A DNA stretch of 63,425 bases, counting the filler, from Chiloscyllium plagiosum (lineage: Eukaryota), in NCBI RefSeq assembly GCF_004010195.1. It is 5 parts of 2 records of this genome, joined end to end, with 100 filler letters (N's around TTAATTAATTAA, not from the genome) between each part and the next. Parts side by side here need not be neighbours in the genome. Positions count along the whole stretch, not along the records: positions 11,996 to 35,990 come from NC_057712.1; 4 more parts are not named here. The stretch is one strand, 5' to 3'. The position numbers were made by a program, and so were the translations under genes. Of this stretch, positions 14,855-28,100 are shown one piece after another. How positions within the stretch are numbered: position 1 is the first letter of the stretch; every line of letters starts with the position of its first letter. The notes beneath the pieces were generated by a model. It worked only from the letters and a program-made list of their open reading frames with translations. It had not been told where the DNA came from and made no database searches.

Positions 14855-17170
14855 AAAATTAAATTAAAAGGCCTGGAAAGTTGCTAGAAATAGGAGTAAA
14901 TCTGATGATTGGGCACTTTATAGAATACAACAAAGGAGAAGCAAGAAACTGATAAGAAAGGGAGAATAGAATTTGAATGTAATCTAGCAAAAAAAGATAT
15001 GAATGGGGTATGAATACTTCTACAGATACATAAAAAAGTGTTTAGCTAAAATGAATGTGGGTCCATTACAGACAGAGTCAGGAGACTTTATTACAGGGAA
15101 TAGAGACAAGGCACAGAAGTTAAACGATTATTTTGTGTCTGTTTTCACTGAGAGAGAGACCAGAATCTGAGATCCAAATGACTCAGGAGAATGAGGAGTT
15201 GAAGGGTCTTGGCATTAGTAAAGAAGATTGTGCTGGAGAAGTTAATGGGCTGAAAGTTGACTAGGTTCCCAGGACCTATATCTACATCTCAGAGGGTTCA
15301 TGGCGATGGGTATTGTGATCATGAGATAGCTGATGCATAACCATCCGAACTTCGACAGGGTCTGGGACAATTCATGAAGATTAAAAGGTAGCAAATATCA
15401 CCCCTCTATTTAAGAAGAAAGTGCAGGAGAAAACAGGGAAATACAGACCTGTTAGTCTGACATCAGTAGCTTCATATAATTTAACAATACATTTGACCCA
15501 TCGTGTCTGTAACGATTCCTGAAAGAGCTACCCAGCTCGTCCCATCCTCCAGCTCTATCATTGTAGTTCTCGAAATACAGCTCTCTTTGAACCCTCCAAT
15601 GGAATCCCCCTCCACCACTCTCCCAGGCAGCACATTCCAAATCCTAACAACTCTCTGAGTAAAGACATTTCTCCTCATCTCACAACTAGCTCTTTTGCTG
15701 CCAATCTTGAAATTGTGATCTTTAATTCATGACATACCAATAGTAGAAACAGAATATCCTTCTTTATTCTGTCAAAGTTTATCAAAATTTTGAACACCTC
15801 AGTTCGGTCACCTCTCAATCTTCTCCTCAGTAGATGGAAAGTGTTAGAATCTATTAGATAGAACTGCATAAGTAGACACCTTAATGATCTGATTGCGCAT
15901 AGTGGGCATGGATTTGAGAATGGGAATCATGTCTGACAATTTTGTTGGAGTTTTTTGAAGAGGTTATGAACAAAATTGGAAAAGGAGAGCTGATGGATGT
16001 AGTATACATCGATCTTCAGAAGGCTTTTGATGAAGTTCTCCACAGGACACTGGTTAGAAACTTTAAAGCAAATGGCACAGGAGACAATGCACTGGCATAG
16101 ATACTTCATTGGCTAAGTGATAGAAAACAGAGAGTCAGAATAAATCGGTCATTCTCATGTTCACAGGCTGTGAATAGTGGGGTACCACAAGGATCAGTAC
16201 TTGGGCCCCAGCCATTCACAGTATATACGAATGATTTGGATGGAGGGCCAAATAGAATATTGCAAAATTTACAAAATCACAATTTTAGATGAGACTTTTT
16301 TTAGGGGTGGGGTGGGGGGTGCAGAGGAGATGAAAGATGGCTTTAGGAGGATTTGCACAGATAAAGTGAATGGGTTAGAACATGGCAGATGGACTATAAT
16401 ATGGGAAAATCTGAGGTTGTCTACTTTGCTAGGAGAAACAGATGGGCAGATTATTTGTTAAATGGCAGAGGTTGGGAAGTGTTAATTGGTAGGAGGTTGG
16501 AAAACATGGATATACAAAGGAATCCTTGTCAAAAATCACTGCAGGGTAACATGCAGGCACAGCAAGCTCTGAGGATGGCTAATGGAATGTTAGCCTTTAC
16601 TGAAAGAGAATTTGGGCTTAGGAGTAGTGAAGCCCTTCTTCAACTGTGTTGGATCTTGGTTAGACCACACCTGGAGTATTGTGTACAGTTTTGGTTCCCT
16701 CTTCTCAGGAAAGGTACTATTGCCATCAAAGGAGTATAACAAAGGTTCACCAGACTCATTCCCGGGATAATTCCCTTATGAAGAGAGATTGGGGAATCTC
16801 AGCCTGTATTCTGTAGAGTTTCAAAGAATGAGAAGTGATCTGATTGGAACTTACAAAAAGGGTACATGCAGGCAGGATATTTCTCCTGATTGGAGAATCT
16901 GGAACCAAGGGCACAACTTTTAAATAGGGGAGATATCACTGTGGTCAGAGATGAGGAGAAATTGTTTTCCTTGGAGGGTTGTGAAGCTTTGGAATTCTCT
17001 ATTACAAAGGGATATGGATCTCAGTGATTCAGTATATTTAAGGTAGAGATTGATAGATTTCTGAGTCCAAGTGCAGTACCATGTTATGGGGATGGAGAGG
17101 AGTATAAGGCATGGAGGTGTTAAAGCAGCAGGGTCAATGGGCTCAGTGGTGTACTCTTATTCCTATGTCA
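14855..17170 (+). mobile_element. Degraded CR1 ORF2 with a nested inverted CR1 3' fragment (about 15490-15830)
   Basis: LVRPHLEYCVQFW; ggggtaccacaaggatcagtacttgggcc; nested RRNVFTQRVVRIWN on -. Confidence 0.85.
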
Positions 17171-17330
17171 CCTCGTCTGGTCTTCATGTGATTCTCATTT
17201 TAACTGCTCTCTGAAATGGCCTAGCAAGCCCCACATTTCAAAGCAAACTAAAGATGGACAACAGATATCAGATACCTGACAAAGGAGCAGTGCTCCAAAA
17301 ATCTTACTTCCAAATAAACCTGTTGAACTA

Positions 17331-18947
17331 CTTGGAACATAGAACAGTACAGCACAGAACAGGCCCTTCAGCCCACGATGTTGTGCCAATCACTGATCCT
17401 CATGTATGCACCCTGAAATTTCTGTGACCATATGCATGTCTAGGAGTCTCTGAAATGTCCCCAATGACCTTGCTTCCACAACTGCTGCTGGCAACGCATT
17501 CCATGCTCTCACAACTCTCTGTGTAAAGGACCCGCCTCTGACATCCCCTCTATACTTTCCTCCAACCAGCTTAAAACTATGACCCCTCGTGTTTGTCATT
17601 TCTGCCCTGGGAAATAGTCTCTGGCTATGGACTCTATCTATGCCTCTCATTATCTTGTATACCTCAATTAGGTCCCCTCACCTCCTCCTTTTCTCCAATG
17701 AAAAAAGTCCGAGCTCAGTCAACCTCTCTTCATAAGATAAGCCCTCCAGTCCAGGCAGCATCCTGGTAAACCACCTCTGAACCCTCTCCAAAGCATCCAC
17801 ATCTTTCCTATAATAAGGCGACCAGAACTGGACGCAGCATTCCAAGTGCGGTCTAANNNNNNNNNNNNNNNNNNNNNNNNNNNNNNNNNNNNNNNNNNNN
17901 NNNNNNNNNNNNNNNNNNNNNNNNNNNNNNNNNNNNNNNNNNNNNNNNNNNNNNNNNNNNNNNNNNNNNNNNNNNNNNNNNNNNNNNNNNNNNNNNNNNN
18001 NNNNNNNNNNNNNNNNNNNNNNNNNNNNNNNNNNNNNNNNNNNNNNNNNNNNNNNNNNNNNNNNNNNNNCCTTCAATCCCCTCATTCAAGTCATTAATAA
18101 AAACTACGAACAGTAGAGGCCCAAGGACAGATCGCTGTGGAACACCACTCACCACAGACTTCCAGGGAGAATATTTTCCTTCTACTACCACTTGCTGTCT
18201 TCTTTTGGCCAGCTAATTCTGTATCCAGACAGCTAAGTTCACCTGTATTCCTGACCTTCTGAATGAGCCTACCATGGGGAACCTTATCAAATGCCTTGCT
18301 GAAGTCCATATACACCACATCCACAGCTCGACCCTCATCAACTTTTCTAGTCACATCCTCAAAGAACTCGATAAGGTTTGTGAGGCATGACCTGCCCCTC
18401 ACAAAGCCGTGTTGACTGCATTTAATCAAGCCATGCTCTTCCAGAAGGTCATAAATCCTATCCTCAGAATCCTTTCTAACACCTTGCAGAAAGGTTGAGG
18501 GAGCTAGTGCTTTTCACACTGTAGCAAAGAAGGATAGAGGTGTACAACATGATGAGAGGCATAGATAGAGTGGATAACCAGAGACTTTTTCCCAGATGAC
18601 AGACGTGAGACTTACTGGTTTGTAATTGCCGGGGATTTCCCTATTTCCTTTCTTGAATCTCTCCAGTCCTCAGGTACGACTCCAGTGGAGAGCGAGGATG
18701 CAAAGATGCAATTGCATTTCTCATTTCCCAAAGCAGCTGAGGACAAATCTGGTCCGGGACTGGCGACTTGTCAATCTTAATGTTTGATAAAATTTTCAGC
18801 ACATCAGCTTCATCTATCTCTATCCATTCCAGCATGCACACCTGCTCTTCAAAGGTTTCATTCACTACAAAGTTTGTTTCTTTCGTAAAGACAGAAGCAA
18901 AAAGCTCATTTAGGGCTCCCCCTACCTCCTCAGACTCCACACACAAA
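17331..18947 (-). mobile_element. CR1 LINE 3' half inserted into a PLE tail
   Basis: [43 protein letters not shown]; host PLE tail split at about 17273-17330 and 18948-19012. Confidence 0.92.
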
Positions 18948-19164
18948 TACCTGGTGTTGTGTGATTTTTAACTTGGTCCATCCCAGTCCAACACCGGCTC
19001 CTCCACATCATCATAGTGAGCAGCAGCCACAGGACAGCACAGCCAATTACAGGTACTTGACTTTCTGATCAGCTTAGAGTCACAGATTCCAGATTCCAGA
19101 TTCTAAGGATTCCTGGAATATTACTCCCAGTGCATCCACTATCTCTCCAGTTACTTCCTTTAAT

Positions 19165-19848
19165 ATAGAATAGTACAGCACTTTGGCCCTCGATGTTCTG
19201 CCAATCTTTTACCAAACCCTAAGATCAAACTCACCTACATACCGTTCATTGTACTATCATCCACGTGCTTATCCAAGAGTCACTTAAATGTCCCGAATAT
19301 CTCTGACTCTATGACCACTGCTGGCAGTAATTCCACACACCACCACTCTCTGTGTAAAGAACCTACCTCTGACATCTCCCCTAAACCTTCCTCCAATCAC
19401 CTTAAAATTATTCCCCTGGTGACAGCCATTTCTGCCCTGGGAAAAAGTCTCTGGTTATCCACTCTATCTATGCCTCTCATCATGTTGTACACCTCTATCC
19501 TTCTTTGCTACAGTGTGAAAAGCACTAGCTCCCTCAACCTTTCTTCATAAGACATGCCCTCCAGTCCAGGCAGCATCCAGGTAAATCTCATCTGCACCCT
19601 CTCTCAGGATTCCACATCTTTCCTATAAGAGGAGAACAGAACTGAACACAGTATTCCAAGCATGGTCTAACTCTACGGTGCAACTCCATACAGCTACAGC
19701 ATAACCTAGTGGCTCTTAAACTCAATCCCCCAGTAATGAAAGCCAACACATCAAACACCTTCTTAACAACTCTATCAACATGGGTAATAATCTCGAGGAA
19801 TCTATGGACATGGACCCCAAGATTCCTCTGTTCCTCCACACTGCCAAG
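19165..19848 (-). mobile_element. CR1 LINE 3' fragment
   Basis: EEQRNLGVHVHR, VRPCLEYCVQF and 3' tail. Confidence 0.88.
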
Positions 19849-20720
19849 ATAGGTGGAAGGAGGTGAGGGTGAGGGTTATAGGCCGGAGATGGGGTGGGGG
19901 CGGAGAGGTTGGGAAGAAGATTGCAGGTCAAGAGGGCGGTGCTGAATCTGGGGGTTGGAACTGAGATAAGGTGGGAGGAGGGGAAATAAGGAAGCTGGAA
20001 AAATCTATGTTCATCCCGTGTGGTTGGAAGGTTCCTAGGTGGAAGATGAGGCGCTCTTCCTCCAGGCATCATGTGGCCAGGGTCTGGTGATGGAGGAGGC
20101 CAAGGACCTGCATGCCCTTGGCGGAGTGGGAGGGNNNNNNNNNNNNNNNNNNNNNNNNNNNNNNNNNNNNNNNNNNNNNNNNNNNNNNNNNNNNNNNNNN
20201 NNNNNNNNNNNNNNNNNNNNNNNNNNNNNNNNNNNNNNNNNNNNNNNNNNNNNNNNNNNNNNNNNNNNNNNNNNNNNNNNNNNNNNNNNNNNNNNNNNNN
20301 NNNNNNNNNNNNNNNNNNNNNNNNNNNNNNNNNNNNNNNNNNNNNNNNNNNNNNNNNNNNNNNNNNNNNNNNNNNNNNNNNNNNNNNNNNNNNNNNNNTA
20401 CCATCCGCCTTCCTCAGACTCAGCACCGCCTTCTTGACCTGCAATCTTCTTCCCGACCTCTCCGCCCCCACTCCCTCTCTGGCCTATCACCCTCACCCTT
20501 ACCTCCTTCCACCTATCGTATTCCCAGTGCCCCTTCCCCAAATTACCTCCCCCCTACCTTTTATCTCAGCCTGCTTGGCACACCAGCCTCATTCCTGAAG
20601 AAGGGCTTATGCCCGAAACGTCGATTCTCCTGCTCCTCGGATGCTGCCTAGCCTGCTGTGTTTTTCCAGCACCACACTTTTCAACTCTGGTCTCCAGCAC
20701 CTGCAGTCCTCACTTTCTCC
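19849..20720. mobile_element. Penelope-like element, inverted arms around an N gap
   Basis: 19849-20134 (-) and 20399-20720 (+) are reverse complements over the C-rich 3' UTR; MQVLGLLHHQT; hammerhead at 20591. Confidence 0.85.
20591..20626 (+). ncRNA. Minimal hammerhead motif (most abundant PLE-end family in the window)
   Basis: ATTC-CTGAAGA-A-GGGC-TTAT-GCCC-GAAA-CG-TC-GATT. Confidence 0.72.
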
Positions 20721-21355
20721 TAGTATCTCTAATCAAACTATGGTTTTCCAAGTAATGACAATTCCTGTCTCTAGAATTCCTCTCCAATAATTTGCCCATC
20801 ACAGACGTAAGACTAACTGTTTCCTGGATGCAGTCGGAGAGGTCACGAGGTCTCCAGGGATCAGTGGAGCCTGTCAGGATACGTGAGTACACGATTTAAA
20901 TTTCTTTCAGTTCTGGTTTTTCTTCAATTCCTGGACGCAGTCGGAGAGGTCACGAGGTCACATATTTGGGTGGTTGCTTTGGCCGAAACACTACTTGGAT
21001 AGTGTCTCCCACCCATCCTCCTCCTCTAACCAAAAAAAATGTTCTGTGCCTCAGTTGGTAAGGTGACAAGTATTTTTTTTTGTGTTTTTCACGAGGTCAC
21101 ATATTTGGGTGGTTGCTTTGGCCGAAACACTACTTGGGTAGTGTCTCCCACCCATCCTCCTCCTCTAACCAAAAAAAAAGTTCTGTGCCTCAGTTGGTAA
21201 GGTGACAAGTATTTTTCGTTTTTTTTTACTGGCAGTCTATTTGGCGATTTAGAATAGCAGGAATGGAGGTTAGGGAGTTGAATGTTCCCCCTGCAGTATG
21301 TGGGAGGTAAGGGCCACATCCAGTGCCCCTGCTGACTTCATTTATGGGAACTGCA

Positions 21356-22512
21356 TGTCTCAATCATGTCTCAAAAACTTGATGGAGTTTTTTGAAGAAG
21401 TAACAAAGAGGATTGATGAGGGCAGAGCGGTGGACGTGATCTATATGGACTTCAGTAAGGCATTCGACAAGGTTGCCCATGGGAGACTGATTAGCAAGGT
21501 TAGATTTCATGGAATACAGGGAGAACTAGCCATTTGGATACAGAACTGGCTCAAAGGTAGAAGACAGAGGGTGGTGGTGGAGGGTTGTTTTTCAGACTGG
21601 AGGCTTGACACCAGTGGAGTGCCACAAGGATCGGTGCTGGGTCCTCTACTTTTCGCCATTTATATAAATGATTTGGATGTGAGCATAAGAGGTATTGTTA
21701 GTAAGTTTGCAGATGACACCAAAATTGGAGGTGTAGTAGACAGCGAAGAGGGTTACCTCAGAATACAACAGGATCTTGATCAGATGAGCCAATGGGCTGA
21801 GAAGTGGCAGATGGAGTTTAATTNNNNNNNNNNNNNNNNNNNNNNNNNNNNNNNNNNNNNNNNNNNNNNGCGTTTGGTATGCTTTCCTTTATCGGTCAGA
21901 GTATTGAGTGCAGGAGTTGGGAGGTCATGTTGCAGCTGTACAGGACATTGGTTAGGCCACTGTTGGAATATTGCGTGCAATTCTGGTTTCCTTCCTATCG
22001 GAATGATGTTGTGAAACTTGAAAGGGTTCAGAAAAAATTTACAAGGATGTTGCCAGGGTTGGAGGTATTGAGCTATAGGGAGAGGTAGAAAAGGCTGGGG
22101 CTGTTTTCCCTGGAGTGTCGGAGGCTGAGGGGTGACCTCATAGAGGTGTATAAAATCATGGAGGGGCATGGATAGGGTAAATAGACAAAGTCTTTTCCCT
22201 GGGGTCGGGGAGTCCAGAACTAGAGGACATAGGTTTAAGGTGAGAGGGGAAAGATATAAAAGAGACCTAAGGGGCAACTTTTCCATGCAGAGGGTGGTGC
22301 GTGTATGGAATGAGCTGCCAGAGGAAGTGGTGGAGGCTGGTACAATTGCAACATTTAAAGGTGCCTGGATGGGTATATGAATAGGAAGGGTTTGGAGGGA
22401 TTTGGGCCAGGTGCTGGCAGGTGGGACTAGATTGAGTTGGGATATCTAGTCAGCATGGAAGAGTTGGACCGAAGGGTCTGTTTCCATGCTGTACATCTCT
22501 ATGACTCTATAA
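21356..22512 (+). mobile_element. Younger CR1 3' fragment nested in ORF1 of the long CR1
   Basis: YMDFSKAFDKVAH, GVPQGSVLGP, FADDTK, tail CTGTACATCTCTATGACTCTAT; host ORF1 resumes near 22513. Confidence 0.93.
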
Positions 22513-23210
22513 CTCCAGCTCCTCGAGAACCATGTTAGGGAACTGGTGTTGGAGCTGGATGAACTTCGGATCATTCATGAGGTGGAGGGGGTTATTGAGA
22601 GGAGTTACAGGGAGGCAGTTACTCCACAGCCACGTGAAGAAGGTAGATGGGTTACTGTCAGGGGTAGGAAAGGGAACCGGCAAGCAGTGCAGGGATCTCC
22701 TGTGGCCATTCCCCTCAACAACAAGTATACTGTTTTGGATACTGTTGGGGGAGATGACTTCCCAGGGGTAAGCCATGGCATACAGGTCTCTGGCACAGAG
22801 TCTGACCCTGCTGCTCAGAGGAAAAGTGGGAAGAGGAACAGAGCTTTAGTCATTGGGAACTCCATAGTTAGGGGGACAGACAGGAGGTTTTGTGGGGACG
22901 AGAGAGACTCACGGTTGGTGTGTTGCCTCCCAGATGCTTCACAGATGTTCGTGTTTTCGGGATCCTTGAGGGGGAGGGATAGCAGCCCCAAGTTGTGGTC
23001 CACATAGGCAACAACGACATAGGTTGGAAGAAAGGTGGGTATCTAAGGAAGAAATTCAGGTAGCTAGGGTGGAAGCTTAGAACTAGAACAAACAGTGTTG
23101 TTATCTGTGGTTTGTTAGGCGAAAGTGAATACTACAGCTGCTGGAGATTAGAGTCAAGAGTATGGTGCTGGAAAAGCACAGCAGGTCAGGCAGCATCCGA
23201 GGAGCAGGAA

Positions 23211-23246
23211 AAGCGACGTTTCAGGCAAAAGCCCTTCATCAGGAAT
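23211..23246 (-). ncRNA. Minimal hammerhead motif in a PLE-end insertion within CR1 ORF1
   Basis: Reverse complement ATTC-CTGATGA-A-GGGC-TTTT-GCCT-GAAA-CG-TC-GCTT. Confidence 0.6.
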
Positions 23247-25725
23247 CTCTGGTTTGTTGCCCATGCCACGTGTTAGTGAAGCAAGGAACAGAGAGAGTGG
23301 AGCTAAACACGTGGCTGCAGGGATGGTGCAGGAAGGAGAGATTTGGATTCTTGGATAATTGGAGCTCTTTCTGGGGAAGGTGGGACCTCTACAAACAGGA
23401 TGGTCTACACCTGAACCAGAGGGGCAACAATATCCTGGGGGAGAAGTTTGCTAATGCTCTTTGAGGGGTGTTCAAACTAATGCATTATGTGGATGGGAAC
23501 CTGAATTGTAGTTCCAGTGTACAGGAGGTTGAGTGTAGTGAAGTCAGGGATAGGTTGACAAGGTCGCAAGATGGCACCGGCAATCGAGATGTTGGTTTGA
23601 AATGTGTGTACTTCAATGCCAGGAGCATCCAGAATAAGGTGGGTGAACTTGCAGCATGGGTTGGTACTTGGGATTTCGATGTTGTGGCCAATTCAGAGAC
23701 ATGGCTGGAGGAGGGTCAGGAATGGTTGTTGCAGATTCTGGGATTTAGATGTTTCAGTAAGAACAGAGATGATGGCAAGAGAGGGGGTGATGTGGCATTG
23801 TTAATCAAGGATAGTATTACAGCAGTTGAGATAATGTTTGAGGACTCATCGAGTGAGGTAATTTGGGTTGAGGTTAGAAACAGGAAAGGAGAGGTCACCC
23901 TGTTGAGAGTTTTCTATAAGCCTCCGAATTGTTCCAGAGATGTAGAGGAAAGGACAGCAAAGATGATTCTCGATAGTTGCGAGAGTAACAGAGTCGTTGT
24001 TATGGGGGACTTTAACTTCCCCAATATTGACTGGGAATACAATAGTTCAAGTAGTTTAGATGGGTCAGTTTTTGTTCAATGTGTGCAGGAGTGTTTTCTG
24101 ACACAGTATGTAGACAGGCCAACATGGAATAATGTCATACTGGGGAATGAACCCAGACAGGTGCTAGGTTTGGAGGTAGGTGAGCACTTTGGCAATAGTG
24201 ACCATAATTTGGTTATGTATACAATAGCAATGAGCAGGGAAAGGTATATACTGCAGGGAAAGAGGTATAACTGGGAGAAAGGCAATTTTGATGCGATTTG
24301 GCAAGATTTAGGATGCATAGGATGGGGAAGTAAACTGCAGGGGATGGACACTCTTGAAATGTGGAGCTTATTCAAGGAACAGCTACTGTGGGTCCTTGAT
24401 GAGTATATACGTACCAGGCAGGGAGGTAGTTGTTGAGAGAGGAAGCCATGGTTTACTAAGGAAGTTGAAGCTCTTGTCAAGAGGAAGAGGAAGGCTTATG
24501 TTAGAATGAGATGTGAAGGCTCAGTTAGAGCAATTGCGATTTACAAGGTAGCCAGGAAAGACCTAAAGAGAGAGCTAAGACAAGCAAGGAGGAGTCATGA
24601 GAAGTTGTTGGCGGACAGGATCAGGGAAAACCCTAAAATTTTCTAAAGGTATATAAGAGATAAAAGAATGACCAGAGTAAAATTAAGACTAGTATCAAGG
24701 TTAGTAGTGGGAAATTGTGCATGGAGTCAGAGTAGATAAGGGAAGTGCTAAATGAATATTTTTCATCAGTATTCAAGTCCCCTGGGCCGGATGGGACTTA
24801 TCTCGGATTCTCTGGGATTCTCTCTTATGTCGTCATTGTCTTGAATATATCAGAAGACAGGAGGATAGCAAATGTTGTTCCCTTGTTCAAGAAGGGGAGT
24901 AGAGACAACTCTGGCAATTATAGGCCCAGCGAGCCTTACTTCAGTTGTGGGTAAAGTGTTGGAAAAGTTTATAAGAGATAGGATTTATAATAATCTCAAA
25001 AGGAATAAGTTGGTTAGGGATAGTCAACATGGTTTTGTGAAGGGTAGGTCGTGCCTTAGTGAATTCTTTGAGAAGGTGACCAAACAGATGGATGAATGTA
25101 AAGCCGGGTAAAGCTGTTGATGTGGTGTAAGGTATTTGATAAGGTTCCCGTGGTAGGCTATTGTACAAAATACAGAGGTGTGGGATTGAGAGTGATTTAG
25201 CGGTTCGGATCAGAAATTGGATAGCTGAAAGAAGTCAGAGGGTGATGGTTGATGGGAAATGTTCATCCTAGTGGTGTACCGCAATGATTAGTTTTGGGTC
25301 CACTGCTGTTTGTTATTTTCATAAACGATCTGGATGAGGGTGTAAAAGGATGGGTTAGTAAATTTGCGGATGAAACTAAGGTTGGTACAGTTGTGGATAA
25401 TGCCAAAAGATGTTGTAGGTTACAGCGGAACATAGATAAGCTGCAGAGCTGGGCTGAGAGGTGGCAAATGGAGTTTAGTGCAGAAAAGTATGAGGTGATT
25501 CACTTTGGAAGGAGTAACAGGAATGCAGAGTACTGGGAAGATTGTAAGATTCTTGGTAGTGTAGTTGAGCAGAGAGATCTCGGTGTCCATGCACATAGAT
25601 CCCTCAAAGTTGCCATGCAAGTTGATAGGGCTGTTCAGAAGGCTTTTATTAGTAGACTGGATTGAGTTTCAGAGTCATGAGGTCATGCTGCAGCTGTACA
25701 AAACTCAGGTGCAGCCGCAGGTGCA

Positions 25726-26043
25726 GGACGGCACGGTGGCACAGTGGCTAGCACTGCTGCCTCACAGCGCCTGAGACCCGGGTTCAATTCCCGCCTCAGT
25801 GAACTGTGTGGAGTTTGCACGTTCTCCCCGTGTCTGCGTGGGTTTCCTCCGGGTGCTCCGGTTTCCTCCCACAGTCCAAAGATGTGCAGGTCAGATGAAT
25901 TGGCCATGCTAAATTGCCCGTAGTGTTAGGTATAGGGGTAAATGTAGGGGTGGGTTGCACTTCGGCGGGTTGGTGTGGACTTGTTGGGCCGAAGTGCCTG
26001 TTTCCATACTGTAATGTAATCTAATCTAAATCTAATCTAAAAT
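25726..26043 (+). mobile_element. Full-length HE1-type V-SINE
   Basis: tRNA head (A-box GTGGCACAGTGG, B-box GGTTCAATTCC), V-domain GTGTGGAGTTTGCACGTTCTCCCCGTGTCTGCGTGGGTTTCCTCCGG, CR1-like tail, (AATCT)n end. Confidence 0.93.
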
Positions 26044-26929
26044 CACTTGAGAGTATTGCATGCAGTTCTGGTCACCGCATTATCGAAAAGATGTGGAAGC
26101 TTTGGAAAGGGTCCAGAGGAGATTTACTGGGATGTTGCCTGGTATGAAGGGAAGGTCTGATGAGGAAAGGCTGAGGGCCTTGAGGCTGGTTTTGTTAGAG
26201 AGAAGAACATTGAGAGGTGACTTAACTGAGACATATAAGATAATCAGAGGGTTAGACAGGGTGGACAGTGAGAGCCTTTTTCTTCGGATGGTAATGGCTA
26301 GCTCAAGGTGGCATAGCTTTAAATTGAGGGGGGATAGATATAGGATAGATATCAGAGGTAGTTTCTTTACTCAGAGAGTAGTAGGGGTGTGAAACACACT
26401 GCCTGTAACAGTAGTAGACTCGCCAACTTTCAGGACAGTTAAATGGTCATTGGATAGACATATTCCAGCACCACTAATCCAGAATCTGGTTTCCAGCATC
26501 TGCAGTCATTGTTTGTAACATATGGATGAGAATGGAATAGTGCAGGTTAGATGGGCTTCAGACTGGTTTGAGGAGAAAGTGAGGTCTGCAGATGCTGGAG
26601 ATCAGAGCTGGAAAGCGCAGCAGGTCAGGCAGCATCCAGGGAACAGGAGAATCGACGATTCGGGCATAAGCCCTTCTTCAGATTGGTTTCACAGGTCAGC
26701 ACAACATTGAGGGCCGAAGGGCCTGTACTGCACTGAAATGTTCTACGCTTTATGTTACGTTCCTCCATGTTTTGATATAATTTATTAATTCTACCTCATT
26801 ATGCATAATCAGATTCAAACTAGCATGGGGAAATAATAATGTGGATCCAGGAAATGGCACAGGAATTGAATAAATACTTTCTGTTCATTTTCACATGCTC
26901 CTCGTATTCCAATAATACAAAATAATCAA

Positions 26930-27252
26930 ACCCTCAGACAGCACCTTCCAAACCCACAACAACTTCCATCTCGAAGACAAGGGCAGCAGATCCAATGGGA
27001 ATACAACCCCCTGGAAGTTCCCTTCCAAGCCACTCACCATCCTGACTTGAAAATATACCACTGTTCCTTCAGCGTCACGGGGTCAAAATCCTGGAATTGC
27101 CTCCCTAATGGCATTGTGGATGTACCTAAAGCACATGGGACTGCAGTGGTTCAAGAAGGCAGCTCACCTCCACACTATCGAGGAGCAACTAGGGGACGGG
27201 CAATAAATGCTGGCTCACCCAGTGACATAAATAACATGAATTAAAAAAAATA
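26930..27252 (+). mobile_element. 3' end of a CR1/L2-group LINE
   Basis: SFSVTGSKSWNCLP and a GGGCAATAAATGCTGG tail followed by an A-rich end. Confidence 0.75.
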
Positions 27253-27407
27253 AAAATCTCTGGTTGAATCCACGTCATATAGCTCTTGGAAACAGTCCCG
27301 AATACATAATTTATTTCTTAACTCTATTCATATGGGTTCTACATTGGAGTCATAGAGATGTACAGCATGGAAACAGACCGTTCGGCCTAACTTGTCCACG
27401 CCAACCA

Positions 27408-28100
27408 GATATCCTCAACTAACCTAGTCACAGTTACTAGCACCTAGCCCATATCCCTCTAAACCCTTCCTATTAATATACCCATCCAGATGCCTTTTAA
27501 ATGTTGTAATTGTACCAACCTCCACCACTTCCTCTGGCAGCTCATTCCATACACGCACCACCCTCTGCGTGAAAAGGTTGCCCCTTAGGTCTCTTTTAAA
27601 TGTTTCCCCTCTCATCGTAAACCTATGCCCTCTAGTTCTGGACTCCCCCATCCCAGGGAAAACACCTTGTCTATTTACCCTATCACTGCCCACCATGATT
27701 TTATAAAACTCTATTAGGTCACCCCTCAGACTCCGACGCTCCAGGGAAACCAGCCCCAGCCTGTTCAGCCTCTCCCTCCAACCCTGGCAACATCCTTGTA
27801 AATCTTTTGTGAACCCTTTCAAATTTCACAATATTGTTTCTATAGGAGGGAGACCAGAATTGTACACAATATTCCAACAGTAGCCTAACCAATGTCCTGT
27901 ACAGCTGCAACATGACCTCCCCAATTCCTGTACTCAATGCTCTGACCAATAAAGCATACCAAATGCCTTCTTCACTATCCTATCTACCTGCGACCTCACT
28001 TTCAAAGTACTATGAAGCTGCACTCCGTGGTCTCTTTGTTCAGCAACACTCCCTGGGACCTTACCGCTAAGTGCAGAAGTCCTGCTCTGATTTGCCTTTC
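27408..28100 (-). mobile_element. CR1 LINE 3' fragment
   Basis: MLQLYRTLVR.LLEYCVQFWSP, SRTRGH, FTQRVVRVWNELP; similar to 21870-22510. Confidence 0.93.

Larger units (their letters stand above)
20821..26760 (+). mobile_element. Near full-length CR1 LINE (5' UTR, ORF1 zinc finger and SGNH esterase, ORF2 endonuclease and RT, tail), decayed, with nested insertions
   Basis: ORF1 C..C.MWE...DFI...C then LELDELRII, ALVIGNSIVRG, DGLHLN; ORF2 YFNARSI, SETW, GDFNFP, SDH, KFADETK; tail GGGCCGAAGGGCCTGT. Confidence 0.92.
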
